A stretch of DNA of 62,121 nt, filler included, from Sphacelaria rigidula (taxonomy: Eukaryota), in assembly GCA_964200075.2 (NCBI GenBank). It is 10 parts of 10 records of this genome, joined end to end, with 100 filler letters (N's around TTAATTAATTAA, not from the genome) between each part and the next. Parts side by side here need not be neighbours in the genome. Positions count along the whole stretch, not along the records: positions 18,670 to 24,792 come from CAXNAA020022091.1; positions 24,893 to 31,014 come from CAXNAA020022092.1; positions 31,115 to 37,236 come from CAXNAA020022093.1; positions 37,337 to 43,458 come from CAXNAA020022094.1; 6 more parts are not named here. One strand, written 5' to 3'. Both the position numbers and the translations under genes were made by a program. Below, in pieces: positions 23,981 through 37,743 of the stretch; positions within the stretch are counted from its first letter, which is position 1, and every line of letters starts with the position of its first letter. Under the pieces are notes generated by a model. The model did not search any database. It saw only the letters and a list, made by a program, of their open reading frames with translations, and was not told the origin of the DNA.

Positions 23981-25581
23981 CTCCTAACAATCGCTCGAAA
24001 TGTAACATGTAGAATGGTACTCAGGGGTACTGTAGTACACCTTTCCCTGTTCAGAATCCAAATTTCTTTGCTTGAACGGTTTATACCCGTTACAATGGTC
24101 GACTGCTTCCCAACAAAACCATCCGTCCCTTCAGGACTTTCCCTGCGCGCTAATCCTAACCCCCACAGTTGTCACAAATCATATCCGAAAGGAGTGTGCC
24201 AGCACTTTCGCTAGGCAGTTCAGACCCCCTTTGGGACCTAGAGGAGAGATTATTTCGAAAAACCGTACAGTTGACCCTGAGCATACACTGTATTGCATTT
24301 TTAGGAGGGTTTCGCAGGCAGTAGGCTCGCCAACCCGGTGGCGGGATAGATGGAGCCGTGTCTCTCCCGCACACCTCCTCCTGAGCACTACTGCAAGTAA
24401 GTGATGAAGCACATCTTCTGCATGTATATACATAGTTGTTTGGCAAAGGTACGAAAATGACGGCGGGAGGGCGGTGGCTGGATGTGCTGGATTTTTTGCT
24501 ACCTCATCTGCCAATGTGCTGTCGGTTGTCGAAAACCCAAACGGGTCACAACCACCCCGATGCAGCGACGCAGCCCACCCCGACACCAGTTCCCAACTCT
24601 GCCAGGAAGAAAGTGACCATACAAGGCGTGATAGCTGGTTCAGACTGGATGAAGCACCTCTCAGGGGCGCTACTGGCGAAACAACCCCAAGCGTAGGAAT
24701 TTCCACAATCTCTCGTTGTGTGGTGTATAGCCTCTGCCAGACGATCTGGACAAGAGGGCTATTCAGTGAGGGACTTCTCCAGAATCCACTGGNNNNNNNN
24801 NNNNNNNNNNNNNNNNNNNNNNNNNNNNNNNNNNNNTTAATTAATTAANNNNNNNNNNNNNNNNNNNNNNNNNNNNNNNNNNNNNNNNNNNNTGATGACT
24901 ATGGCAAGCATGATCATGAGTACACCCCCCCCCCCACGGTGACCACACACATTACAGGAGTGACAGACGACCGAGGACGGCGCTGAATAGACAGAGAACG
25001 GTATTGATTGATTGATTGACTGATTGACGTACTTTAAGTGACCCCCCAGGGGTCCAGCCGTGGTCTCATGATATAAGTACCCAAAAAAAACGAAACGAAA
25101 CACGCTCTGAGAAAAAAAAAAGGAACTGAAAGAAAAAAAAAGAAAGAGGGGTCGAACAGAACGACATAGCAGACTAAGTCGTGACAAAAAAGGTATGTAT
25201 AATACAAATACTGACAAAGCCACACAGTGCAGAGGTATCCTATGGGCGATATATATACTCTGGCATATTTGTTTTCTCGACTTTCCTTCTTCAGCAAGTC
25301 TCTCCGTTTTGTTTCACCTTGGGTGTAGTACCTTCATCCTGTCACCTCATACGGCTGGGTCCCGTGGCGACCAGTTAATATATGCGACAATCAATCAGTA
25401 GAGCAAAATACGGTCACGCGTACTGCTGAACGAGCCCATGAGGATGTTTGTCTGTCATTTGATTTTTCTTCATTTCAGTTTTCTTGTGTCTTGGGTACGT
25501 CTATCATGCAACCACGACTGGATCCCTGGGGGGTCAGTTAAAGTGCGACAAGCAAATAAATGAAATAAAATAAAATAAAAA

Positions 25582-25790
25582 TCCAAGGATAGATCGAGTA
25601 GAGTACACTCAATTGCGGCGTATTTTGAAAGACGTCCTCGGGATACTCAAATTAGGGTAGAGTGTTGGGAGACGTACCCAAAAAATAACTGGAAATCGAT
25701 TCCTAAAACCCTACTCTCAATTTGTGTACTTCAAGTACGACTTTCAAAATACCCCGCAATTGAGTATACTCTACTCGACCTGCCCTTGGA
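25582..25790. mobile_element. 209-bp MITE with about 50-bp TIRs, copy 1
   Basis: TCCAAGG..AG.TCGAGTAGAGTA.ACTCAATTGCGG.GTATTTTGAAAG ... CTTTCAAAATACCCCGCAATTGAGTATACTCTACTCGACCTGCCCTTGGA. A second copy of identical length lies at 60968-61176. Confidence 0.9.
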
Positions 25791-26091
25791 TTTTTTTTTC
25801 ATGTACGGCCGACGGTAAGCCATCCAACCGGGGGGAAAGCAGGCGGTAAGATAATACTGGCTGCTAGCAGTGTCGTTGATACCAAGCGCCTGTGCAACGC
25901 ATAACGTGGGTACGTATGTACAGGCAGCACGGTGGAGTACTGTTGTTGACGTACATTGCCTTCTTTTTGCGCAGGTTTGCAATACAGTACACTGTAGGAA
26001 GAGCTAGAAAGTGTACGACCACAGTCGTTTTGTCACTGTTGGAACCGCTGAAGAGTGACACGTCAGCTCCTTGAAATCCTCCACATCTGTT

Positions 26092-26446
26092 GCGTGTGTT
26101 GTTATCCGATCTATTCTGGGCGCCAGTCTACACCTTTCGGTATATGAGGGCGCATCAGCCGGGCTCGCACAGGAGGAAGGCCAACACAGTTTTTTGTTTT
26201 TGTTCCAGCACTCCACCTTCCTTCTGCGGTACCTGCCTTATTTTTTATCGCGAGAGGGATTCAACAGTCCCTTTTCCTCATCGATCGCGGAGTCGAACAT
26301 TGTTGTACCCACGACATAGTCGCTCTCCACTGTAGGGCATTGTTTGAGGAAAAATCTCAGATCGCGTGACAGCAACGAGATTCGAACTCACGACCCAACC
26401 GTCTGAAGGTTTCGAGGTTACCAACTAAGGCACCGGGGTGACCGGC
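26092..26446 (-). mobile_element. tRNA-derived SINE, copy 1
   Basis: Minus-strand head gccggtcaccccggtgccttagttggt (A-box-like) ... gagttcgaatc (B box), about 350 bp, AC-rich tail. Collinear with 37741-38085. Confidence 0.85.
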
Positions 26447-26759
26447 TGCATCAGGTATAATTTCCGCCACATCCAGGTATTCTAGGAAATTCGGGGATGT
26501 TCGGAAGAAAAGATGAGCGACTCAGGCATACCTGCTGCATTTTCCGGCAGAAACAGATATGCGGCGGGTTCGGCCTATCACGTGGCTGGAAATCTGACCG
26601 GCTTGTGCTACACGTATAATGTGTGCGTAAATCTGGTGGAAACGCGTCCAGGTATATCTAGATGTTTTGTTCGCCCTTAATGTTTTGCACGTCATATTTC
26701 AAGAGGCGTGGAAAATCAAGGAACATGTACTGTATGTGAAAAATTACGCGCCAACCCCA

Positions 26760-28730
26760 CAGACCCTGGCCTGACAGGCGCTGTAGGTGACGAACAAGGC
26801 GTTCAAGCGGGTGAGGGATGCCGAACTGCAAACTTCATTAACGAGTTCACTGTTCCGGCAGCGAAGCTCCCTCGCAAGAAGAAGCAATAAGTTCTCGGAA
26901 TTGAAAAGGAAGAAGGAGTGCGGTTGGGCCTATATCAGGAGCGCGACTGGCGAGCTGTTGAGAGACAAGCAAGCTACCCTACGACGATGGAAAGAGTGCT
27001 TTCAAACGCTTCTGAAGGCAACCTCGCCTACACTCGACCACTCTGCCATCAATCTTATCGAACAGAGGACGGAGCACGCACCGCTCGCGGCCAAGCCCTT
27101 TAAAGAAGAAGTGAAGGAAGCAGTGGGCAAGCTGGTGAACGGCGAGGTCGTTGGGATTGGAAACACCTGTGGCAAGCTGTTGAAGCTTGGCCGCACCGAG
27201 GACTCCACCATCCTGAAGGACCTCCACAAACATCGTGCTCCCAGTGTGGTGTCAGAATGTAGTGCCGCAGGAATGCCAATACACCATCATCTAGGTGCTT
27301 TTCAAGAAACAGGACCAGCATGAATGCGGTGACTAAGGCAGTATTTTGCTAGGGCCCCACACAGGCAAGATCGTTCTTCAGATAGTAGCGACTCGCCTCA
27401 GCGTCTACTGTGAGCGGAAGGGAATCTTCCCAGGAGCTCAGTGCGGCCTCAGACTCAGTCGGTCGACAGTCGACATGATGTACGTTGAACGCAGACTTCA
27501 AAAATTGGCCAGGAAAGAGGATCGTCCGCTGTATATGTGCTTCATTAGCCTTCAAAAGGCGTACGGATCAGTCAACCTCTCTCCTCTCTGGAGGGTGCTA
27601 GCACGATACGGCATCCCCGCCAAGATGATATCCATCATCCGCCACTTCCACGACGGCATGCGGTCATGCGTACGCCTCGACAACGGCGTGACGGCTGAGC
27701 GCTTTGGCGTTAACCAGGGTCTCCGCCGTGGCTGTGTGTTTCCCTCCCAACTATCCAGCATCTTCTTCGCCACGGTGCTGACGGCGACGTTCGACCGCTT
27801 TTCGAATATTAAAGCGGTGCAAAAGGACTGTATCCGCATTGCTGAAAGGCAGAAAGATCAGGGACGAACTTGGCAAAACGCTTTAGGCCATGCTATATGC
27901 CGACGACGCTGGCATCGTCTCGTGATCCCAACTAAGCCTGGCAAAGATGATGACGGCCATTGTCGAAGTCCGTGCGGCATTCGGTCTCGTCGTGGCGGGA
28001 AAAAAAAAATGGTAATCATACACATGCGCTCCCCGAACATGAAGATGGGTGTGGTCGAGGTGGAGGCGGCGTGTCAAAGATACAAACAAGTTGAGTCCTT
28101 CGTCTCTCCCGGCGGCAAAGTCAGCAGCGTTGGCGATGTCATTCCGAGATCCACAGCCGCATTGGTCAGGCCTGGGCGTACTACTACAGTACAGCACGGC
28201 GGTATACGACTAAACCGTACATCGCCATGACCACCAAGCTTCGTCTCCTGAAGGCTGAAGTGATCGAGGTAGTGCTATACGGCTGCGTGATACGGTCGAT
28301 CGCGCGGAACAGTGTAGGTCCGTTACGAGAGGCCCATCGGGGATTCCTGCTGAAGTGCCTCAACAAGCACACCTTAACCCGCAGCGCTCCCGACTACCAC
28401 ATGCTGCCATTCCGCGAGGCCATTCTCGAAAGAACTGGCTGCGAGTGCATCTAGGCTATCGTGATGAGGCGCATCCTTGTACACGCCGGCCACGTCGTGC
28501 CCATGCACGACGATATCCCTTCTGACATCTTGACGCTTGGAGCAATAGTCGGACGGAAGACGAAGATAGACCCAACGGCGAGACGCCTACAACACTGTGT
28601 CAGGGGACACCGCTCCGACTTTGGAATGAACGCGACATCGTGGACACAGATTGCCCAAGATGTTTCCGAATGGTACCGGATCGTACAGGCGGGGGCTAAA
28701 ATGTACATGGCAGCCTGGACCAAAGCACGC
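26760..28730 (+). mobile_element. Decayed LINE (RTE-like) reverse transcriptase, 5'-truncated and frameshifted
   Basis: LRRWKECFQTLL, KIVLQIVATRL, QCGLRLSRSTVDM, LYMCFISLQKAYGSV, GVNQGLRRGC, MLYADDAGIVS (about 27890-27922) and TKLRLLKAEVIEVVLYGC, spread over several frames with stops. Confidence 0.93.
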
Positions 28731-30454
28731 TATGCGTGGGAATCGTTTGCTGTTACCGCTAGAGATCCCTCAGTGCCCATCGAGAATCACCGAAACGTAA
28801 CGAGCAGACCATCGCGCAATATACTCGCTGGTACATCTACCGTCTTCCGAGCAGCTTTGGTATTTGTCTTTGAGGAGGAACACTTCGAAAATTACGTTCA
28901 CCTGTGATTGGCCGCGGTGATATATCACCAAACCCTTGACGAAATCGTCATTTGCTAACGTGGTTTCAGGTGTCGGCAGCGTGATTTATGAAAAGTATTT
29001 CCGGACTCATTCAACATAATTTGGGCTGCGTTCGAGAAATCACGTTCCTAGGAAAGGAACATCACAGTGTGGCGCAACCGCTGTACTGTACTGCTGCCAC
29101 CCTCACCACGCCCACTGGATCGCGTCATTTGACTAAAATACATATACGGCACGTACAGCATTTTCTTCATTAAATGCGTGACGGCCGGCGTCGTGTGTTT
29201 GACATTTTGGAGTTGGGGAGAGGCTATTGGGTGGGGGGGCACCAAATGCAAGACGGAGGGAACAGGAATTCCTCTCGGTTCACTACTTTTCAACGGCCGC
29301 GCCTGCCTTGCCGCTACTGGAGGCTGCCGTTGCGCTGGAAGAAGGCGGGGCTCGGGGACCGGCCCAGTATTGTGGCGGGACGAGTTGTAGTATGTGCGAG
29401 CTATAGTGCACTGCACTGCAGTGTAGTGTTGTCGTGTAAAACAAAATCAAACTTTGCTGGCAGTTCCGCCGCGTTCCTCTTCAGCGTCGCTCATCGCCCT
29501 AGATGTAGGATTTTCGATCAGGCTTAACGTGATCGTTCTGGGTGGAATGTTCACCTTTTTTTCATTCTGAGTATTGTTCCGCCCGTATTTTTTTCTGGAG
29601 AACATTTCCTGAAAATACCACCCGTAAAAATGGTCTTATTAAACCATTCATTACGGGGGTCATCAATCTCGATCTGTACGCAGATCGGAGGACCCCAAAT
29701 GGGGATGCGCCTATTATGCCCCCCAGTATGGTTCAGATCGGGGGAGCTCAAATCGATATTTGTCGATATTTGTGCGATTTTCCCCAACCTGCGCTCTAAA
29801 TCAGGAAACGTTGAGGCCCCCCAATCTGTATGACGGTGACGTACGTACAGCGACGTACGGTGATGATGCAAGCGGCATTTGATCTTTTTGGAACCTCAGT
29901 AACAGACAGTCTTGTGACAGCACAGCCCGTGACCACCCGCGCCAGCTGCTGGAGCAACTTTGTCGCACAGGTAGCCCGCACGGGATTTGACAAGCGGATA
30001 GGATTCATTGACGCCGTACCCTACGGCGATGGTAAAATACTGCACTGCATATGTATCACCGTGACGAAGGGTGCTGTGCTATCCTACTGCCGTTGTTGTA
30101 CTTGCAGGGTGACGTACGGCACTGCACTCGTACTGCACTCGTACTGCACTGCTCTCGCACACTGTTCTCGCAATACTGACTGTACCACCATATTTTACCG
30201 CACGGCATTATCGTGTACTATGGTGGTGGGGTGCACTACAGTGTACTTTACTCTAGGGTACCATGCTACAACTCTGTTCTTGAATGATGTTTCACTGCCT
30301 GCCTGTTCTTGGGCTTCACTATTATGCGAAACCAAACCCGTGAAGAAAATGACCTCTGGTGTACAGAAGTATTCCACATGTCAGACAACTCAACTCAAGT
30401 CAACTCGAGTTGACTCTTTACCCCGTATAAAACTCACCTGTGAGATATTGCGAC

Positions 30455-30605
30455 AAAACTCAGCGGTGCATGTTCCAATCTGGTAAGTTATGCAACGTAA
30501 CTCAGTGGTTCTGGCCGGGTGAGTTATAGAACATAACTCATCTGTACATATTCTGGTCGGATGATTTATAAAACATAACTCAGTGGTGCATACTCTGGCC
30601 AGGTG
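30455..30605 (+). repeat. Short minisatellite, about four units of roughly 40 bp
   Basis: Recurring aactca(g/t).. ..ctgg.c.g.tga.ttat..aac.t units. Confidence 0.7.
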
Positions 30606-30610
30606 CACAA

Positions 30611-30905
30611 GCGGCCATTTGGCTACCCCCCAAAATTCCTCCACACGAAAATTAAACCCTCCTGAGGGATAAAAGGTTCTCGAGGCGAATAATCCCTCCG
30701 GAGGCTGAATAGTAAACCCCCCCACAGGGATTAAGCACCGCTAGAGGAATAGACCACACAAAGTCACTCTAGAGGGAGGGAGATGGAGCCCCCCTAAAGG
30801 GGTTATGTGCACTTTGGAAGATCCAACATATGAAATACCTCCAGAGGTCACTTGTTCCTCTAGCGGTGTGTGATCCCTCAGGAGGACTCAAAATTGAGGC
30901 CGTGT
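30611..30905. mobile_element. Degenerate relative of the CCTCC(A/G)GAGG-array MITE
   Basis: Begins gcggccatttggctaccccccaaaattcctcc like the 37485 element and contains several cctcc.gagg variants. The right end is eroded. Confidence 0.65.
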
Positions 30906-31114
30906 CTTATCAAATTGTTTTCGACTCGAAAACGTACGGTAGAATCGAATTTGCTCGTACTTGATACGTCCACGGCATTCACGTTCTCAACCATGTGAGA
31001 AAATTAGCAGCGTGNNNNNNNNNNNNNNNNNNNNNNNNNNNNNNNNNNNNNNNNNNNNTTAATTAATTAANNNNNNNNNNNNNNNNNNNNNNNNNNNNNN
31101 NNNNNNNNNNNNNN

Positions 31115-32330
31115 TGAGTCCCCCCGATTTTTTCAAAATCAGGGTCCAAAAAAATCGGGATTCGTTTGCCATAAAAGTGGGTCTAATGGGCCGTGTAGTG
31201 ACAGGGACAGAAGAAATTCGGAACAGTATTTCGCAGGCCATTTACCGGCCCACGTTTGGCGTTTGTGTATCGAAATCTTGTGTGGGCGCTCTCTAAGGCA
31301 TAATGAACAAAAGAGAGTGGGTCAGGTTCATCTTTTTCAATTTTTCCCAGTGGTTGAGGGCGTTCTACTATGGTAAGACCATATTTCACGAGAACACCCT
31401 AACCTCTATGGAAAAAAAATGGAAGGCGCATTTCTTTTTTCTATTCGGCTCTCTTTTGTGGTTCTCCACACCAAAATTCGTCGTCATCCGCTAAATGCAT
31501 CGATCAGGAGTTTCATAGCGATTTTGGTATTGGCGCTATTTCCTCTAGGTATAGGAACTACTACACGCGGGGTTTAATCTACGAGAAAATATGGGCCTAA
31601 ACTTTTGAGCAGATGGGCGCCTTCCCCTTGATTAGACGATTAATACGATATTATGCGGATCACGGCTCAACTCGTCTGTGTCGGTGAGATTTCACTTTCA
31701 GAGCTTAAATCCGTTTCTAGGCTGGCCCAGCTCGTACTTGTTGACTTTTGTACCGTTTTTCGGGGGTCCGACGGGATTCGAGTCGTTTTTTCGAAGTCGT
31801 CCATTCTGGGACCCCGGAAAATTGGTACTACGATATTTTTTTCATTTTTTTCTTGAACGCTCTGTCCCCGCAAAACCCAAGGAAGAACCTCACAAATTTT
31901 CGTGGTCAAACTCGATTAGCCGGTGCTTGAATTTTCATGTTCACGTCAAAGAAGGCCCAAAAACGCCATTTTCATACTAAAATCTAGTAGCTTGCCGTTT
32001 CACCGTGGCAGGACAAAGTTCATCGCACAAACGCGAAAAACTTCACGCCGTTTCAAGGAGTGAGACCCTGAATTTTTGCACACTTGTTCTATGGATCATG
32101 ACGCAACTTTCGATGAACGAGGTTTTTCGATTTCTTTTTTTCAATCGTTTTACGGGGATCCGACTGGATCGAAGTTTCCCCGAAAAAACGGTGAGAAAGT
32201 TCAATCATCAAAAAAACTTTGACCTTGGAAAATTGCGTAATGACCCATAGAACACCTGTGCAAAATCTCAGGGTCAGGCGTGGAGTTTTGCCGATGTTTT
32301 TTTGGGGTTTTTTTTCCGTGAACCAGCCTG
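31115..32330. mobile_element. Partial relative of the TA-flanked TIR element (right end intact)
   Basis: About 31745-32330 aligns with about 17895-18503 and ends ttttttccgtgaaccagcctg|TA (TA at 32331-32332). The left part carries module A instead of the module found in the 16990 copy. Confidence 0.85.
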
Positions 32331-34219
32331 TAGCGTCCAGCACTACGTACAGAGTAACGTGCGCCCCCAACGAAAACACTCGTGGAAACAGCCATCACTT
32401 CTATCGGGGTCGTGCATACTCGTAGCAATCAACGACGGCCAGCGAAAAGTTCGGGGTTGTGTCCGCCGAATATATTGTTGCGCTGAACGCTATCACTTTC
32501 TGTTTTGTCCCCGTTTCTTTATGCGTGGCGGCCAGTACTATATCCGTTGCTTGGACCAACCATCGATGTATCGGAAGAGCTTAGCTTGACCCTGACACCA
32601 GCCTCGCGATCGCAACACAGTACGGTGTTCCACAACCCCCCGGATCACAAAAGACCGACGCGGGGAAACTCGGGAACTATTTCCGGGGAGAAAGGGGCGT
32701 GGCCGTTGTGGCGTTCGTGCACGGCGAATGAGCGGGAAAAGAGCCGAATGCGAATGTGTGGGCGCCATGGTTGGTGTTGGCGCATAGACTCCCTTGCGCG
32801 CGATGTGCCGCATCAGGTACGTTCTCGGCCAATCGGTGACCCAGATAAGATACGATTGAGAAAGAATTCCTGAATCAGGTATACTGGTGAATTTTTGGCC
32901 TAGCAAAGGGAAGCGGTTTTTGGAGGCGAGACGTCCGTTTTCGCGTGGCCATATGCGGCGAGTAACATGCTTTTCCCCGCTTGTTTTCGAGGCCCGGGTG
33001 CCAAGGGCCCACTTGGTCGTGAAAACTTCGGAGCGAAAACGGTCCAACTGGCGTGTTCTACTGTTTTCGCGTTTCTGACTATTTTTCGTACCTTTTTCTT
33101 ACGCGAAAAACGAGAAGGAATACCTTTTCCATAGGCCATTGCCCTTTTTTCATCTTCTCATGCTCCCATTTTTTGTTTTCGCTTGAAAGAACGAGTTCTG
33201 CAAACTAATATAATACGGCACACAACATTCGACAAGCAACCGAGGTAATAATCTGCTCCTTGCATATAGACCTCTCCATAAAAAAAACATTTTCATCTGA
33301 AATAGTCCTGAATCGATGATCATTATGAAGAAGAAACAACTAAAACAAACCCCCTCCAGTCTCATTACCCTGCAGCAGCGAGCTAGCAGAACCCAGGGCA
33401 CAGATGGCGGGATCGCGACCGGGGCAATGAGAGGGTTTAGTGATGCAGTACACGTGTCGGCCAAGAAGACAAATATAGGTTAGTTGGGCATATATAGTTA
33501 GGGTACTTCATCCCTGAAACGTTTTGGCAGTTAGTTGCAACGCTCTGTCGAGCACGTGGAGCACATAATGCCAGACTGGGTTAAGCTGCCCGCCTCAAAC
33601 ACATATTTTCCCTCTACCGAGGTTTCCAATTCTTGGAAGTTCAAGACTCCCGCGTACGTCGGCGGGCCGGCGACGATATCATCTTTTCAAACTCCTCCGT
33701 GAATCGGCACTGATTTTGGAATGTTGATGGGCAACCTACATTACTCGTCGAAAAAGAACCACAAAGGCAAACAGTAGTTGCGGAACGTAACTCGCATACA
33801 CTGACCGACGGAATTCTACAACAAAAATCCGTAATATCAAGTCTCATCACATAAGAAAACCTCGAAAAGTCTATAAACGCTCTTGATCTGCGAATCCAAT
33901 GCCTCACAAGGCCGTGTCTGCACTTGAGTGCAATTCTTTCGCTTACCCGAAACCTACCCCCGTCTCACATATGTGGCAAAACGTGCGGCTGTACAGTAAC
34001 CTCAACAACCGACGTACTGAGCACACGAGTCTGCCATCCGATATGTCCCACGCAGAGTAACGACTCCCATGATGAACCAGGCAACTTCACATGCCACGAC
34101 CAGTCACATTTACCATCCGCGCGTTGTGCTTGCTAGGCGCAGATCTCTGCTGTCCTGTTGCCATCTGCATCATTTGTTGGTCATGGGGCCTTTTGACCAC
34201 ACGACCATCACGCGGTGTA

Positions 34220-34767
34220 GAGGTCAAGAGGAGAGCAAAGTTCTGCGCCGAGCAAGCAGGCCGGCCGGGATGGATAATGTCGTGGGTCGAGAAATGTTCA
34301 TTTCACCGGTGCATCGAAGGAGCTGCGACGCATGTAACACGATCGACAGGGGAGAACTGAGCTTACAACACGTAAGAGTGAATACGGTCGATGTTGGGAA
34401 CAAAAAGGATCATGACGAGGGTGTTTCGCCAGGCTGTCACGTAGAGGATACGGCGTTAATGAAGCACAGCCATTTGACACGCCCGGCTGTCGATGGACAA
34501 TGCCGCTTTCCTAGTCATACGCTCTACGGTAGAGCGACATCAGCGCTGCAGCAAGCACATGGTGGCGCCGGTCCCACTTCCTCCAACAACAGCGCTTGGG
34601 CAATGAAAAGTGGACCCGAAAGCCCACACAGCATTTTCGTTTCACCTGCCAAAATCACTCGGGTGGACGACGGGGATTCAATGAAGGGGGGAACTGTGAT
34701 AGGAGTGCGTAGTGTGCCAAGCATACACCCCGTGGGGAACCAGGAAAAACTCCAGACCAGAGCTTAA
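34220..34767 (+). CDS. Possible terminal exon of an unknown low-complexity protein
   Basis: Part of a 232-codon stop-free frame with a Ser/Gly/Pro-rich tail and a candidate AG acceptor near 34220. No recognisable domain. Confidence 0.3.
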
Positions 34768-37484
34768 AAACTAATCCTGCCTGTTTCTTGTTTGAGGTCT
34801 GGGGAATTGGGATGGCGATTTCTGTTGTTCAAAACCTACAACTTCAGTCCCGCGGAAGCGTATTCAGGTGCCAGAGAGTTGCCCCCATGTGCATCCAGTT
34901 ATAGAACTGGGGATCTAACCACACCGCGCCACAGCGGTACGCGATCAATGGTGGGTGCACACAAGATAAACTAACGGAGTGTGCCAATTTTCTGGGATAT
35001 CAGTCGAACAGGCAAAAACGACGGGGCTAGGTGGGTTAAGAAAGAAAACAAACATATTTTGAAATGTTACAAAAAAACGAAAAAAAAGAGGAGGTTAAGG
35101 GATTGGGTGTCAGAATACACGGACACGAAAACTGTACGATACAATTTCAGAGGGCAGGGAGATATATAGTGTGATGGCATCACACTCAAGATACTCAGAA
35201 CTTCAGCGTGACTTCGACAACCCGTAACTACACTTTCCTTTATTCAATCAATTCGACGAATGTAGTCGGCGTTGCCAATTCTAAGCGCATTTTTCGTTAT
35301 TGGAAGGAGTGAGACTGGAGACTCTTCTGGGACCCGTTTACAATCAAATTTGGGCCGGATTATAAACGACATGTGAAACAGCACATGTTAGGAAACAAAG
35401 TGACGATTTTGAACGAAAATGATCACAATTTTGAATTTTGGTCAGCGGGTGTTTTTTTCATCGAAATGGGTACCCTATTTTGAATGCCTGCCAAAAATTG
35501 AGGAGCTGTTCAAAAATCAGGAGAAGAAGTCAACTCTGGGAGAGGTCATGCTGGACTGTACTGCGGCACCATCACACTCACTGTGATTTGTTTACACAAA
35601 GCGAACGACGGTTTGGTCTCCGCGGGGGTTGCCTGGGCTGCTGTACTGTTGCTGTCGTGTTCTGCTCTATACAAAATAATTGTAGTCGACACACAGTGCT
35701 GTTTTGTCAAACTGGAAAATGTCATAATCCATCTGTTGGACAGTGTCTTTCGCAACGAACAAAATTTTGTCCCCGGACCCATCGTTTCTTTGCTGTAAAC
35801 GTCACTGCACTGTGATGCGTTCCACTGCTCCGAGGACGGTTTGATCTGCGTGGTGTTTGGGCTGCTGGGCCGGTGCTGTATTCCGGTCTACGTAAAAATG
35901 CGGTGGGAGGACGACGCTGTCCACCTGCACAAAGTTGAAAAAGTCAAATGATGGCTGTACATTCATTCGCTGTGCCTTTGGGTGTTGTCCAGGCGCAGAA
36001 CGCCTCCTTTCCAATTTGTGCCGTGAGGCATATTTGAGCGACACCAATAGCTGCCAGATGTTGCGAGTATCTGGCGTTCCTCAACATCATCCAAGATCGA
36101 CATCCCAGGAGAGCATCACATCCCACTTGGAAGTTGCACGGTGATACAAGTCTTCCCTACTTTTGGCTGTACCAAGACGAAACAAAATGTCTGCTTGATA
36201 GAGAAGTGCATGTAGCTTGATATATTTCAACGATGCCCCTGCAACAAAGCATCAAATGATCCGCATATATACATCGCGTGCTCACGCGGTGATGCTTCCC
36301 ACTTCCCCTCGCGTATATATATTTTGCGTTGCAACCCATTAGCTTTTATCGTCGATGGACATCGTTCCCGACAAAGGGCTCGCGATGTATATGGTCCTGG
36401 ACATGAATCCAAAAATTTGATATCTGGTGACCCCGTGGTGATTGGCCCAAGGCTGGAGCCACGATTGCACACCAAGTGGCCCGGCTCATCATATCGCACT
36501 TCGATCGGCACTGGGCCCGTGGGGTCAAAATCTGGTCAGTCACAGAAGACAGCTTCTTTACCGGCAGTCATTGCGCGGGTGGCGCGGGAGTGAGCTTGCT
36601 GCCTATCTACGTGTCATGCCAAACGTTCACATGTATCCTACAAATTAAATGAGTGAGGGGACCTTACGTTTTCCTGCCCCCCCATCGACCGACATGTGTG
36701 CTTCATGTCGGTATGATGAACTGCAATCAAGATGAGATGAACATCCTACACGAGTAGGGGCCGTGGTTTGCTACATCAGCGTCGGCACCTTCAAGGCCTG
36801 GCGAGATGACGCGCACAAGTTTCTGGGCGCCGCATTGGCCAACTTCTTCGAGGGCGTGGGAAACGAGCGTTTGCTCGATATCAACCACGACGTGAGAGGA
36901 CTAATGAGGGACAGCGAGATTGTGCTTGTCCTTCTCGGTTCAAGTTGCATTTTATTCGTGTGCACGTTTGACGCCGCACCCCGGTAGTCCAGGGGTACAG
37001 CTGAGGTCATTAGGGCGGACTAAGTGCGGGGTTGATTCCCGCCAGATGCGTTCAGTTTGGACTTTTTGGTCAGAATTCGCTAATTTAGGTCGTTAAAAAC
37101 GCAAGGGCGAGAAGAGTCTGTTTGGCGAAGTTTGTTGGGCAACCGTTGACGCGGTGCGGGAGTTTTATAACAAATTAAGCAGGGATGTGTACGGAGGACA
37201 ATCCGCTCCGCGCTGCGGATTATCACGGTGCGGTTTNNNNNNNNNNNNNNNNNNNNNNNNNNNNNNNNNNNNNNNNNNNNTTAATTAATTAANNNNNNNN
37301 NNNNNNNNNNNNNNNNNNNNNNNNNNNNNNNNNNNNGGGTACGGTACATACCCGGAAAAATACCCCGGGTGTACAGAAAACCGTACCTTACAGGACACAA
37401 CCTTGCAAATTTGGATTCCGGTATCCAAAGTTTAGGGGATCCTACTCGTGGGTGGAAAAACAAGTGTTGTGTCTGTGTGCATAC

Positions 37485-37743
37485 GCGACCATTTGGCTAC
37501 CTCCAAAATTCCTCCAGGTGGGTAAACTTTTCGAGCCTCCAGAGGGATTGAACGCCTCCGGAGGATTGTTTGCCCCTGGAGGGCCGCGCATACCCACAAA
37601 TTCCTCCGGAGGGGTGCGCGGCCCTCCGGGTCGGTAGTGTTTGGTTTCCTCCAGAGGGATTGAAGGCCTCCGGAGGCTTGTTTTCCTTCCAGAGGGCCGC
37701 GCATCCCTCCGGAGGCATTTTGGGCGGTAGCCAAATGGCCGCG
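37485..37743. mobile_element. About 260-bp MITE filled with CCTCC(A/G)GAGG palindromes
   Basis: TIRs gcgaccatttggctacc.ccaaaattcctcc and ggaggcattttgggcggtagccaaatggccgcg, with about ten internal cctcc(a/g)gagg-like motifs. Confidence 0.85.

Noticed and set aside
36763..36987. Coding-like fragment AWRDDAHKFLGAALANFFEG
   Set aside because: Short, isolated and without an identifiable domain. Possibly a transposon remnant.
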